A DNA stretch of 64,000 nucleotides from Rhizophagus irregularis (lineage: Eukaryota), in contig NC_089430.1 in the NCBI RefSeq assembly GCF_026210795.1, forward strand, positions 5,456,001 to 5,520,000, in the 5' to 3' direction. Position 1 is the stretch's first letter. Every line of letters begins with the position of its first letter. The notes below the pieces were generated by a model. The model saw nothing but the letters and a program-made list of their open reading frames with translations, made no database searches and was not told where the DNA came from. Of the stretch, positions 26,821 through 40,112 are shown in pieces. A program made the position numbers and the translations under genes.

Positions 26821-27544
26821 TTCACTGCTTTCTTATTGTAGCAAGTTTACTATTAGCGTGAAAACATTTTGAGTAAAAAAATTTAGTTTAACAAAGTACC
26901 TCATAATTAGCCACATGTTAACACTTTTAATTATTATCTTTTATCTAATAATAATTTACGTCATGAATGCATTATTTATTAAAAGCGTATGTAAAGTTAA
27001 ACTAGTCATATATATGGTTAAAGTAGCTATTACATTTCAACGATTCTAGTAAAGTAGCTGCTAGAAATTTGTTTTTTATTTAGAATCTTCGTATTTTAAT
27101 ATAATGTTAATTTTAGCCAAAATTACGCTAATTCTGGCCAAATTTTAAATCGCACTAAACTGTATTTTTTAAAAGTCGAATATACTTATCGGATTATTGT
27201 ATTACATATTCTATTTTTGCTGCATCTTTGTTGCTATAAAATTCAACGTATTTGGATGATGAATCAAATTCGCCGATATGTATAAGGGTCAGGTTTGAGT
27301 TTGCGTATTTTAAACTAAAAAAATCATGAAAATCTTTCCTTTTTTAGATAATTTTTGATAATGCCGGTCATAATATTATTTCCTATTATAGTAACGGGCT
27401 AACATTATCATAATTCCGGCCCTGAAAAAATGCGTACAGCTTATAGTAAAAAAATTTTTTCATCACCTGACCCCTATATATATATTTCTGGGTCCTAGTG
27501 ATTCGGTTCTAAACTCTGCTCTGATGGAGTCAGTTCCACAAATG

Positions 27545-28400
27545 TAATAGGCGAAAAATAGATAGTGAATTTTATATAGAGTTTATTATATATAGAAAAG
27601 TTCCTAGAAAATAATGAAATAGATATAATAGACTGCTGCAACGAAAAAGAATACAAAAACATAAAAGAGATGAAGAAAAAAGCGAGAGAGATATTAAATG
27701 GAAAGGAGTTACGTGGACGATAAATCATCAAATTGAGATAATAGATGAAGCGCTATTAGTTAATGAATATAATTTAATTTGGAAGAAAAAAATTATAACT
27801 GGAGGATTTCGAAAATGAAGAAAGAAAGTTACTGACGTGATATGGAAAAACAAAATTCTCAATAGCGAAAAATTAGATGATTTATTTATGTATAATTTTA
27901 GAAAAGAATTCGACTGGCAATCGACTTTTGAATTTGTCAGTAACCGCATAAATTTTACTCAAAGACAATGCAATCAAAAAGATACGAAGGATAGATCTTA
28001 TTGAATAAAAAATCTATTAAAAGAATTACCAACTTAGGATACTCTTTTTAAAAGAAACACTGACAAAATAGAAAATGATATATGTAAAAGATGTGGGAAA
28101 AATGAGAAAGAAACTTGGGAACATATTTGGCTATGTGAAGATAATGTGTTCACAATAGATGAAATTGTACAAGAATCAATATATAGGTTTGAAAAACGGT
28201 TAGAAGACGATAACAAAAATGATGAAATTAAAATTTTAAGGAATTATAATTTTAATCTTAGAACACCCTTCGATAATATTGAGAGGAAAAAGTCGAATAT
28301 GGGAGATACTTAGAGAAGTGTACAATGAAAATTTCAACAAATTGACGAATAAAAAAGAAGAAAAAGCAGTAATTAAATTATGGAATTGGCTCTTTTACGA
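27545..28400 (+). pseudogene. Non-LTR retrotransposon (LINE) ORF2 C-terminal remnant
   Basis: Frame with stops containing KELPT*DTLFKR...CKRCGKNEKETWEHIWLC, the CCHC zinc knuckle found downstream of LINE reverse transcriptases. Confidence 0.7.
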
Positions 28401-28643
28401 AATGATCGCCAAAAGTGACACTATTACACTGCATTTCTTTTGTTATCCGGATTTAGTCTTGTTTTACACAACACAAATCACCTGATTATTGCATTATATA
28501 TAATTCGCTCTATGCAGAGATAAAATTTTTCTTTCTGTTTTTCCTGCAAAATATATTTCCCACAATCCTTACTCCACCTTTTTTTATTAGTATTTATTAT
28601 TAATTACTTATTTTACTTTTAATCAATTCTTATTGAATTGCAA

Positions 28644-31600
28644 ATGAGTCAAATTATAAGGAAATTATTATTGTCATTTCGTAATGATAAGTGTGAAAGT
28701 TGCGGAAATGATCATTGTTATGTAAAACATTTTCAGAAAAATTTTAAAAATTGGACCAGTGGCAATGATAATATTGATAAATCTATTCAAGATACTCAGC
28801 TATCAGCTCATAATGATGTGAAGAAAGCATTAGAATGGATACCTTATGATAAATTTCACAATATTAAATATATTGCAAAAGATGAATTTGGCGAAATATA
28901 TATAGCAAATTGGATTGATGGAAAAATACGTTATTGGGATGTTGCAAATCAAAATTGGAGAAGAAATAATCATAATATGTTTGTAAATTTGAAGAGTTTA
29001 AATATACCAAACATTCTTATATTATTAGAATCTGTAAGTGAGGTATTATAAGCTTGTTAACAAGATTATAATTAATTTTTTTCTAACATATTATTATTAT
29101 ATTTGTAGATTAAAAGAGATGAATTTTATGGAATAACTCAGAATCCAGAAACAAAAAATTACATGATAGTTTTTAATAATATATGTAAAAAATGCCATGA
29201 AAATTGTTATTCAATATATTTTCAACAAAATTTCAATTATTGGACTAGTGATAATAATGATATTGATAAATTTATTCAAGATACTCAGCTATCAGCTCAT
29301 AATGATGTGAAGAAAGCATTAGAATGGATACCTTATGATAAATTTCACAATATTAAACATATTGCAAAAGATGAATTTGGCGAAATATATATAGCAAATT
29401 GTATTGATGGAAATATACGTTATTGGGATGTTGCAAATAAAAATTTGAGAAGAAATAATCATAATATGTTTGTAAATTTGAAGAGTTTAAATATTCCAAA
29501 CATTCTTATATTATTAGAATCTGTAAGTGAGGTATGATAAGCTTGTTAACAAGATTATAATTAATTTTTTTCTAACATATTATTATTATATTTGTAGATT
29601 AAAAGAGATGAATTTTATGGAATAACTCAGAATCCAGAAACAAAAAATTACATGATAGTTTTTAATAATATATGTAAAAAATGCCATGAAAATTGTTATT
29701 CAATATATTTTCTACAAAATTTCAATTATTGGACTAGTGATAATAATGATATTGATAAATTTATTCAAGATACTCAGTTATCAACTCATTATAATGTGAA
29801 GAAAGCATTAGAATGGATACCTTATGATAAATTTCATAATATTAAATATATTGCAAAAGATGAATTTGGCGAAATATATATAGCAAATTGGATTGATGGA
29901 AATATACGTTATTGGGATGTTGCAAATCAAAATTGGATAAGAAATAATCATATGTTTGTAAATTTGAAAAGTTTAAATACTCCAAACATTCCTATATTAG
30001 AATCTGTAAATGAGGTATGATAAGCTTGTTGACAAGATTATAATTATTTTTTTTTTAACATATTATTATTATATTTGTAGATTAAAAGAGATGAATTTTA
30101 TGGAATAACTCAGAATCCAGAAACAAAAAATTACATGATGGTTTTGATTAATATATGTGAAGAGTGTGATAAAATATGTAATTCAATACATTTTCAACGA
30201 AATTTTAAAAGTTGGACTAGTGACAATGATGATATTGATAAATTTATTCAGGATACTCAGCTATCAGCTCATAATGATGTGAAGAAAGCATTAGAATGGA
30301 TACCTTATGATAAATTTCACAATATCAAATATATTGCAAAAGATGAATTTGGAGAAATATATAAGGCAAATTGGATTGATGGAAATATAAGTTATTGGAA
30401 TAATAAAAATGAAAATTGGATAAGAAGTCATCATGATATGTTTGTAAATTTGAAAAGTTTAAATATTCCAGAAAATTTTACATCAGAATTTATAAATAAG
30501 GTATGACAAGCTTATTAACAAGATTATAAGTATTTTTTTTCTAACATATTATTACATTTGTAGATTAAAGGATATGAAATTTATGGAATAACTCAGGATC
30601 CAAAAAAACAAAATTATGTGATGGTTTTGGGTGATATATGTAAAAAATGTAATGAAAAATGTAATTCAATATATTTTCAACGAAATTTCAATTATTGGAC
30701 TAGTGATAATGATGATATTGATAAATTTATTCAAGACACTCAGCTATCAGCTCATAATAATGTGAATAAAGCATTAGAATGGATACCTTATGATAAATTT
30801 TGCAATATCAAACATATTGCAAAAGGTGAATTTAACAAAATATACATAGCAAATTGGATTGATGGAAATATAAGTTATTGGAGTTATTGGGATGATGCAA
30901 ATCAAAATTTGGAAAGAACTAATCATAATATGTTTGTAAATTTGAAGAGTTTAAATACTCCAGAAAATCTTACATTAGAATTTATAAATAAGGTATGACA
31001 AGCTTATTAACAAGATTATAAGTATTTTTTATTCTAACATATTATTACATTGGTAGATTAAAAGAGAGCGTGAATTTTATGGAATAACTCAGAATCCAGA
31101 AACAAAAAATTACATGATGGTTTTAAATAATATATGTGAAAAGTGTAATTCAATATGCAATACAATATACTTTCAACGAAATTTTAAAAGTTGGACTAGT
31201 GGTAATAATGATATTGATAAGATTATTCAAGATGCACAACTATCAGCTCATGAAAATGCAGGAAATGTATTAGAATGGATACCTTATGATAAATTTTATA
31301 ATATTAAATATATTGCAAAAGGTGGATTTGGCAAAGTGTATAAAGCGAATTGGATTGATGGACGTATATGGGATTGGAATGATAAAAATCAAAATTGGGA
31401 AAGATATGGTAAAAATATGGTTGTGGCGTTGAAAAGTTTAAATAATTCGAAAAATGTTACATTTGAATTCATGAATGAGGTATAATTTATTTTTATTTGA
31501 TCGTTTAATGAAATTCTAAAATTTTAATCGTATTAATAGTTATTTCTGTATTTAGATAACATCTCATCACAAAGTAAGTAATGATATTATCATTGGATTT

Positions 31601-32525
31601 TATGGAATAACTCAAGATCCGGAAACAAAAAATTATATGATGGTTTTGGAATATGCAACAAATGGAAATTTACGAAATTATTTAGACACAAATTATAATA
31701 AATTAAGTTGGGAAAGAAAAATTAGAGATTTATGTGATGTTGCAAAGGGACTTGAATCCATTCATAATAATAATCTAATTCATCGAGATTTACATATTGG
31801 TAATATACTAATGGGTAATGATACAGTTTATATAACTGATATGGGATTATGTAAACCTGCGGATTATAATGCATCAGTAAATGCAAAAAACAACGCGTAT
31901 GGTGTATTACCATATATAGCTCCTGAAATTTTAAGAGGAGAAAATTATACCGAAGCTTCAGATATTTATAGTTCTGGAATAATTATGTATGAAGTAATTT
32001 CTGGGTTACCTCCATATCACGATATCAGCCATGATCAATATTTAGCAATAAAAATTTGTCAAGGACTTAGACCAAGATTTAATATTAAAGTACCCCAATT
32101 TATTATTGATTTAGTTAAAAATTGCTTAGATGCAAACCCATTAAATCGACCAACAGCAAAAGAAATTTATGAAATTTTTAACCCATGGAGTTTAACAGCA
32201 GAATTACGAGAACAAATTAGTAAAGCGGACGAAATAAACAACAATTCATCAAATAATAAAATACTTTCAACTAATTTAGGATTATCATATAAAACACATT
32301 CGGAAGCTTTTTATGCGAGTAGATTGCTTAATTTTGATAATCTTCCTGAACCAAAAAATTCCGACGATTATTATGAACATAATGATAATATAATAAGCAA
32401 GGAATTTTCAGGTATTATTTAATAATTTTGTTAATTAAAATGCAAGTTTTAAAGATACTACTAATAAACTTTTCATTTATTAAATAGAATCTTTACAAAT
32501 TGATATTGCTCAATTGAATATTTAG
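28644..32525 (+). CDS. Kinase C: TKL-type kinase with 6 N-lobe modules
   Basis: ATG 28644; modules at ~490-bp period. The last module and catalytic exon (~31556-32411) are nearly identical to kinase B, with DIYSSG instead of DIYSFG. Tail exon from 32488 (ESLQIDIAQLNI) ends at TAG 32523-32525. Confidence 0.87.
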
Positions 32526-34150
32526 TTGTAAATTTTTAATTAATATAGTTAATGATTAATATTTCTTATTATTCATGTTCAATTTGTTGTTTTATTTTTT
32601 TTTTTTAGCTTTAAAATATCGAATTCAATAAGCACAGAAAAAGTTTTGAACAAAACTCTTTTAGTTTCTAGTTACCAATATTATAAGTATTATTGTATTT
32701 ATTATGATTAGTATACATTGATATTACTATTTTTTTTTTTATATAAATCATTAAATCATTACAATTTAAAACTCTGTTTAACGTTGGTTTTTTTAACTTC
32801 ATCATTAAAACATTTTGAAATATTTTTTTTTTACTTTTCTTTACTAATTGAAGAGCAAAAAAAAAAATTTTTTTTTATTATTAGTGCTAAATAGGGTTTT
32901 AAATTTTAAGGACAGTTATTTAAATTGTATATTCATTTGTATTATTTTATTGGTTAAATAAATTATTAAAATTCTAAGCAAATACGAGACGTGAAAAGAT
33001 TTTAAAAAAGTGAAGTAATTAATGCACAATTTGAACTTTTTAAATTATTTTACAGCAGATTTTGTACATGAATAGGCAAGGTTTTCAGATCTTATATGAA
33101 TTTATTTTATTAATCTTTATCATCAAACAATATAAAAAAGCATAAACCGCTTATCTTCCCATTTTAACAATAAACACTGACCAAAAGTGTGAATTCTTTT
33201 TTAATAATGAAGAGTCGAAAGTAAAGATATCGCTGAGAATTTATTCTTGCGCCATATAAAAACAACTTTACTAATTATTTCAATTAAAAACGTTAATTGA
33301 ACTTAATTTTAAGCGATCTAATAGAATAACTAAAAGATATCAACAACTTTATAATTTATACATATAAAATATTGTTTAACTCTAGAAATTTGAATTAGTA
33401 CCTTTAACCAATATAAAACTTCACATATGACATTTATGTATTTATAAAAGCAAAATGTTACAATCCTTCTCAAAAAACTAATCTAAATTAAATACTTGCT
33501 ATAAGATCATTGTTTCATAATTTAGAAAAAGCTATTAATAATATTAATATAAAAGTACAGACTTTCAAAAACTGTAATCTTCAATAAATGATTAAGTATT
33601 AATTATTTACTATGCTAGTAATAAATAAATGGGTTATCATCTAAAGGATAACAACCATTTGTTTATGGATAACATAGTAAATACTAACTCCTGGACACGG
33701 ACATCTAGGCATCTAATTGATCAATGATCACCATATTATCAGCTTGACGAAACTTTTTTTTGTTTCTTCTTTCCTTTAGTTTTTACAATTTCCTTAAAAA
33801 TGGCAAGCAAGAACGTCTTTTAAAGAAAAATTCATGTTACCTCTTATAGATTTAAATAGAAATACACTCAATATTTCATCTCAAAATGCGACTCTTTATT
33901 TGGAGGAATTGTAATACAACTATAAATTTTAGTTAATAAAAACTTAACACAAATTTAAGATGTATTATAATAATAACATCAATAAAAAATTGATAAATTA
34001 TATTCAATTAGACCATATATAACTATTACAAACTATAACTTAGTTATTATACTGAATACCTAATTTATAAAATGGCAAAAAAAATTCTAGATAATCATTA
34101 GTGAGCAGGGGATAAATTTTCTATGTATTTAATGCATGACCACTTTTATG

Positions 34151-35647
34151 CCCTATAAGAAATATGTATACGGAAAGGATACGTTTTGTATACATTTTAT
34201 GTACGTTTCTATAGATTCCGTATACAAATTCCGTATATTTAATAAGCAATTCATTTTTGAACATTTTTTAAAAAAACTAATGTATAAGAAATGTATACGG
34301 AAAAAATTAATCATACGGAATGTATACGGAATTTTTAAACTTAATATTTTTAGAAAATAATTTTACAAAAATTCCGTATCATAACACGAGATCACATGAT
34401 TGTTTATTGTTTTGTTATGATACGTTTTTAGTTTTTTATATAAACCCTTACTTTGATGAGTTTGATCTTCCGATCTTCCTTTCTGTCTTTCCTTTCCTTT
34501 CTCTTTCTCTTGTCTTATTTTTGTTATTTTTTCTAAATTTTTCTTCTTTCTTCGTCACCTTTTAAAAATAATTTTTTTTTTTCGTACCCTCACTTTAAAA
34601 AAAATTTTTTTTCGCCACTCCTTTGAAAAAAAATTTTTTCTTTTATTCCCACTCTTCTTTTTTTTTAAAAAAAATTTCTTCTTTCTATTTCTATTTCCTC
34701 TTTATAAAAAAATTTTTATTTTTCTAACTTTGACGACCTCCCTTTAAAAAAAAAATTTTTTTTAACTTTCCTAACTTCGTTACCCCTCTTTTTAAAAAAA
34801 TTTTTTTTTTGGTTTATTCTTTATTCCCCTTTCTTCTTTATTTATATTTAATTTCATAGGCCAGTTTTTTTTGTGAGAATATTCAGTTTCTTTTTTGTAG
34901 ATCAGTTTGGGAGTCCTTTTTTTTTGTAGGATGATTCAGAATTTTTTTCTTTTTTTAGGTCAGTTCAAATTTTCTTGTTTTTTTGTAAGTTGTGTTCAGA
35001 TTCTTTTCTTTTTGTAGGTTGTTTCAGTTTTGTTGCTTCAGAGTCTTCTTTTTTTGTAGGTCAGTTTTGGATTTAATTTGTTGTTTTGGTTTCTTTTTCA
35101 TTAGACGCCTCATAATTCTTTTCTTTTATGTAGGTCAGACATTCTGGAGTTCTCTTTCTTTTTTTGTAGGAATGCTGACTTTTGGTGACTTGGACGATTG
35201 CAGATACTATATTAGGGGGGGTTTTGTTTCCAATCTTTTTTTTGTTCTTTTAGGTTGTTTGACTCCAAATGAACCTGAACTTATAGATAATTTTGGTTGC
35301 AATAGGTGGTTTTAATAAGGAGGGAATTTTCATAATGTATTTGTACTTTGTTTATTTTTTATTTTTTATTTAATTTAATAAAGTGAAATTAGATTTATGT
35401 AAATACAATTATAGTAAACTGTAATACAAATAGTAAATTCAGTGAGTAAATCGTATAAATTTCGTGATAAAATCAGTGATCAAATCATGTAAATTCCACA
35501 TAAATCCCGTGCAAATTCCGTATCCAAACCATATTTTTAGTGATATGGAATTGTGCATTTTTCCGTATCCTATTATGATACGTTATTTCTAAGGAAAAAA
35601 AATCGTATAAAAACTTTATAAAAAACGTATCCAATTTTTTTATAGGG
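34151..35647. mobile_element. Non-autonomous DNA transposon with CCCTATAA termini and 3-bp TSD (CMC/EnSpm-like)
   Basis: CCCTATAA..TTATAGGG ends flanked by ATG on both sides; many subterminal TTCCGTAT/ATACGGAA repeats in both orientations; T-rich non-coding interior. Confidence 0.65.
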
Positions 35648-35935
35648 ATGTTGGATGGACCAATAACCGGTCGCAAGAGATTAGACTCGTTCTAATGATA
35701 GATTCAAAAACTGTCGCTACAGGTTATCTGGATCGGCTTTTTATCATGGAAGCACAATTCGAATTTACAAAATCAGTTGATATTCTCCTATTTAAATTTC
35801 AGTTATATAAATTTTTGATTAGTTTTTTTTTTAAAAGGATTTAAAATTAAAAACAATTTTGAGATACCATAAGATCCCATTTTATCGCATTTCCACAATC
35901 AGATTGATTCAAATTATTATCGCCTACACTGCTTA

Positions 35936-36120
35936 CCCTGTAAAAAAGTCGATCCGTTTATTATATTCCGTCCTTTTTCCGTAAAAGGCTCATATTTCCG
36001 GAATTAATAACCTTATATCACGGAATTTATCGAATTATTTATATTTTCTGTGAATTGATCCGTGAAAGGCACATTTTTACAGAGTTTTTACGGAAATGAC
36101 GGATAAAATTTTTTATAGGA
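35936..36120. mobile_element. Small degenerate MITE related to the preceding element
   Basis: CCCTGTAAAAAA...TTTTTTATAGGA ends with internal TCCGT/ACGGA repeats; TSD not clean. Confidence 0.45.
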
Positions 36121-37290
36121 CTATACAAAGATTAGATGCTTTATTCAGTCCTGTTAAGAAAAAAAAATAGAACCAACTTAAAAATTGTTCATTAATTAAA
36201 TAGGTGATTTATAATAAAGTTTAAAAAAATTTCATCGCCAAACATGAAGGATGATATTGTGTCCAATCAGCTGAATTTGACTGGATGTTGCATTTAACGA
36301 AATTGATGCTAAAATCTTTGATTATCGCTAGCAATTTTTTATTATATTTTTTTTTTTTTAATATTTTTAACATTAAAAGTATTAATAAATATGCTGGTAA
36401 CCATCGTCGTACCTGTATTAGAGGATATTAGTGGCCGGAGTTTCATGACGTTTTTAATTCTTCCAACAGGAATATTTAGCAAAACTCTTTAATAATCGGA
36501 ATTGATCGTAAAAATATAAAAATATTAAATATGCTATTAACTTGAAATTGAGAAAAACCAAATTTTTTAATAGGAGTTAACAAATTGTTTATTTACTAGT
36601 CATATACACAAAAAGAGATAAAGAAATTAACAGAACATAGCTCATCAAGAGTAGATAGATATCGAAAATAGCAAGTCACATGTATTTAAGGAGTTAGGTA
36701 AAACTGTCAAGAAATTCTATGATTCTAATTAATAATTTTATTTAATTTGCAATTATAGTTTATAAGGATCCTTTTGACAGATAACAAAGGATATGTTGAA
36801 GCAGCAACCAAAACGGTATCAACAGGAGCGAGTGAAGTACGATTTCTTCAAAAATGAAACCTATAAAAAAAATTATACTATCATCATTTATCAAAGACTA
36901 AATTTGCAAATAAATTTTTTAAGTCGTTTATCGCTTACTCAATCAATGATTCTACTTGTAAAGGAACGCTGATATTTATCTTTTTGAATCCAGGAATAAC
37001 AATTGGCCTTGCTGTAAGTGTGAACAAGAGATCTTCTGGCGGAAAGCCATATTGACAACATATTACACATTGAGTGTAAATATAAAAAATTTTCCAACAA
37101 TATAATTAATTTGTTTTGACAAGAAACCAAATAAGTTATTACATCAATTAAAAAAAATTTAAATAGTTATAAATTTTGAGTTTAAAAAACTATAAACACG
37201 AATATCATGAGCCCAAATTGGTAAACATCTATGCACTTTTTAAGAATATAATTATTTTGATAAAATATTAATAATTACCAATATAATTTC

Positions 37291-37440
37291 AGGACCCGAA
37301 ACATTTACTACTGTATTAACTGTACGTATTTTTTAAGGGCCGGAATTATGATAATTTCGGGCAGTATTCAAAAAAGGTAATGGATTTGCACAAGGCATTA
37401 TCTATAAAAGGAAAGATTTTTATGATTTTTTTTTTTTGGC
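37291..37440. mobile_element. Solo end fragment of the AGGACCC transposon family
   Basis: Starts AGGACCCGAAA and matches the reverse complement of ~27320-27450 (GGGCCGGAATTATGATAAT, AAAAGGAAAGATTTT). Confidence 0.7.
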
Positions 37441-37559
37441 GCTGAAACATCAGTATGGTGGTGGTTTTCTTGTATCAACCATATTTAAGCTGTTTTTTTT
37501 TAGATATGAGCTTTATATACTGTTACTAGAAGAAATTATTATGGACTACTTACAGTTCA

Positions 37560-37675
37560 GAATTCAATCTGAAAAATTCTGAAACAAATAATATTAATAA
37601 TTCAATTTTGATTTATTAAACTGAATATTTACAAATTGATATTTCTTAAAAATTGAAAACGAAAATGGTAAACTT
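37560..37675 (+). pseudogene. Remnant of a kinase 3' end and tail micro-exon
   Basis: atttattaaa...TTTACAAATTGATATTTCT...GAAAATGgtaaa matches the kinase tail exon, but the acceptor AG is lost. Confidence 0.5.
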
Positions 37676-38793
37676 TTGTAGTAATAATTGTAAACTGTTT
37701 TTTATTCATACCTAATTTATATTTCTATCTTTTTATTAGATCAAAATAGCAATAAAATCTATTATTCAATTTAACATAGTTGCAGTGAAATTATAAATTT
37801 TGATTTATTATTTTCGATCTAAACATTATCAGAGAAAATTTTACTATATAACTTATTCTGCTTAACAATAATTTTTCCGCAAGGAAGGTTTAAAAATTGT
37901 TTATAAATTTAAACTTAAAATGGAGTAGATATATATTTATGTATATTTTTGCTTTTAATAATTTATTGAATTTCAAATAATAATATTAAATCGAAAAAAT
38001 GGAAAAGGATGACCACCAACATTTTTTAATTATTATTCACGTGTAATGAGAAGTATTAATAAAAAAAAAATTTTTTTTTACTTATTAATTTAGAAATACC
38101 TCGTAAATATTTGAGATATATACTTTATTGAGAGGAGCTAATATTAGAATTTCTCAAAAATTTTACCCCACAGGATTATTAAATATTTTTTTTGCGATTT
38201 TTGCAGATTTTGGAGTCATTATTTCAATTTATAAAATATTCACTGTTTTTTAAATTACTATTTTTAAAAATTATAGTAATATATATTAAAAGTATTTATG
38301 AATAAATTTTTAGACTTAGTATTATTAAAAAAAAGTGGGGCTATTTTTCTCAAATTATGCTAAAATTATGTTAATTTGTGACTTTAAAAGATTATTTGTA
38401 ACATTTTAAATTTTATAAGAAACATATTAAACATTTGAATAATCTCAGTTTTTTTTAATAAAAATTTTAAGCTAATTTGGCTAATAATTTATAGACTTAT
38501 CTATAGGGGAATGATAGATTTTATATGACTTTCCATATTCTTTAATTTATAAGCAAATTTGTAAAATTATGTACTTTATAATAATTACATTAAGATATAC
38601 AGTAAAAATTTCAAGAAATTTGAATAAAAATAGATAAACTTGACTATGTCGTGATTATAGGCGGATCGGCAATTAATGAAATTTAAATTATAATAGGCTT
38701 TGTTATTTACTTTATATATATATATTTTTTTATTTTTTAAGCAACTGTAACGCATTTTTCTTTATTAAAGATAGTATATCCAATATCGAAATA

Positions 38794-40112
38794 CACATGC
38801 CGATCAAAAATATCCGGCCACTTTTCAAAATGAAATAAATTTATAAATTTAATATGACAAAAATAAAAATTTAAATAAAATATATTTATTTATGACTCAA
38901 TTTATTAAATTATAAAAAAAATTAATAATATTTAATAATTAATTCTATTGCCATTTGCGGCAATAACTGCTTCAATTCTTTGGGGCATACTATCGATTAA
39001 TTTCTTATAATATTCCGGCGGAATATCCTCCCATGCATCCTTAACATATTTTTCAAGGACTTTAATACTAGATGGTGGTGGAGTACGACGACGTACCATT
39101 ACTTTCATCTCCGACCAAAGATTCTCAATCGGATTTAGGTCAGGGCTTTGTGACGGCCAATTGAGAACCACAATTCCAGCATTTTCACGGGCGGTCATTG
39201 CAATTTTTGAACGGTGTGGTGGGGCATTATCCTCTTGGAAAATTCCGTTACCTTGTGGGAAAAAGTCATGCAAAGTAGGTATGACATAATCATTAATAAT
39301 TTTGGCATGGGTTTGTCCAGTAACTGAACCATTTATCGGAACAATTGGTCCAAGCCCATTCCAGGAAAAACACCCCCAAAACATTTTATTGGGACTATGT
39401 TTTACAGTAACTGCAACACAGTCAGGGTTTAATTCTTCCCCAGGTTCACGCCATACCCTTCCCTGACGGCCTTGTTGAAATTGTGTAAAAGTACTTTCGT
39501 CTGAAAAAAGTACTCTCCTCCACCGTCTTGTTCCCCAGTTTTCATGTGCATGGGCCCATTCGAGGCGAGCTTGACAGTGTGCCTCTGTCATTGCAGGTGT
39601 TTTACGTGGCATACAAGCAGTAAGCCCAACTTTCTTTAGGTTACGACGTATGGTAACAGCAGAAATAGGCTGTTTTGTATGAGCTGTCCAAACTGTTGCA
39701 AGCTTTTTTGTACAAAGCCGACGGTTTTCACCATTTTCTTGAACAAAACTCTTAAGTTCCTGCTGAGCTGTTGAATTTAAAAGTGGAGGACGGCCTGGTT
39801 GTTTTTTTGGTGTTAAGGAATGAGTTTCACGAAGGCGCTTAAGTATATCGTTAACAGTTGTTTTCCCACATCCCAACTGCTTAGCAATTGTGCGACTTGA
39901 TTGTCCACAATTATGACCATAAACAATAGCACCACGTGTTTTTGGGGTAAGTGGCTTCATATTTTTAGAAAGTTCTAGAAAACATAAGGTTTGGGGATAT
40001 GTTTATTATGATTATAAATACAAAATAACGTGTTGATTACGTCATATTAATATGTCATGATCTACATAATTTTGCCAAATCAAAGTGGCCGGATATTTTT
40101 GATCGGCATGTG
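38794..40112 (-). mobile_element. Full-length Tc1-family transposon (1.3 kb)
   Basis: Perfect ~31-bp TIRs CACATGCCGATCAAAAATATCCGGCCACTTT; TA on both flanks. Confidence 0.95.
38932..39960 (-). CDS. Tc1 transposase, DD34E, intact 342 aa
   Basis: N-terminal HTH, GRPP linker, LFSDES, FQEDNAPPH and SPDLNPIENLW; 34 residues between the second D and the E. Confidence 0.95.
   Translation of the reverse strand: MKPLTPKTRGAIVYGHNCGQSSRTIAKQLGCGKTTVNDILKRLRETHSLTPKKQPGRPPLLNSTAQQELKSFVQENGENRRLCTKKLATVWTAHTKQPISAVTIRRNLKKVGLTACMPRKTPAMTEAHCQARLEWAHAHENWGTRRWRRVLFSDESTFTQFQQGRQGRVWREPGEELNPDCVAVTVKHSPNKMFWGCFSWNGLGPIVPINGSVTGQTHAKIINDYVIPTLHDFFPQGNGIFQEDNAPPHRSKIAMTARENAGIVVLNWPSQSPDLNPIENLWSEMKVMVRRRTPPPSSIKVLEKYVKDAWEDIPPEYYKKLIDSMPQRIEAVIAANGNRINY

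Larger units (their letters stand above)
21186..27496. mobile_element. 6.3-kb DNA transposon with a RAG1/Transib-like transposase, AGGACCC TIRs and an 8-bp TSD
   Basis: TIR AGGACCCAGAAATATATAT at 21186 with its perfect complement ending at 27496; direct repeat AGTGATTC at 21178-21185 and 27497-27504; two intact convergent ORFs inside. Confidence 0.9.
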
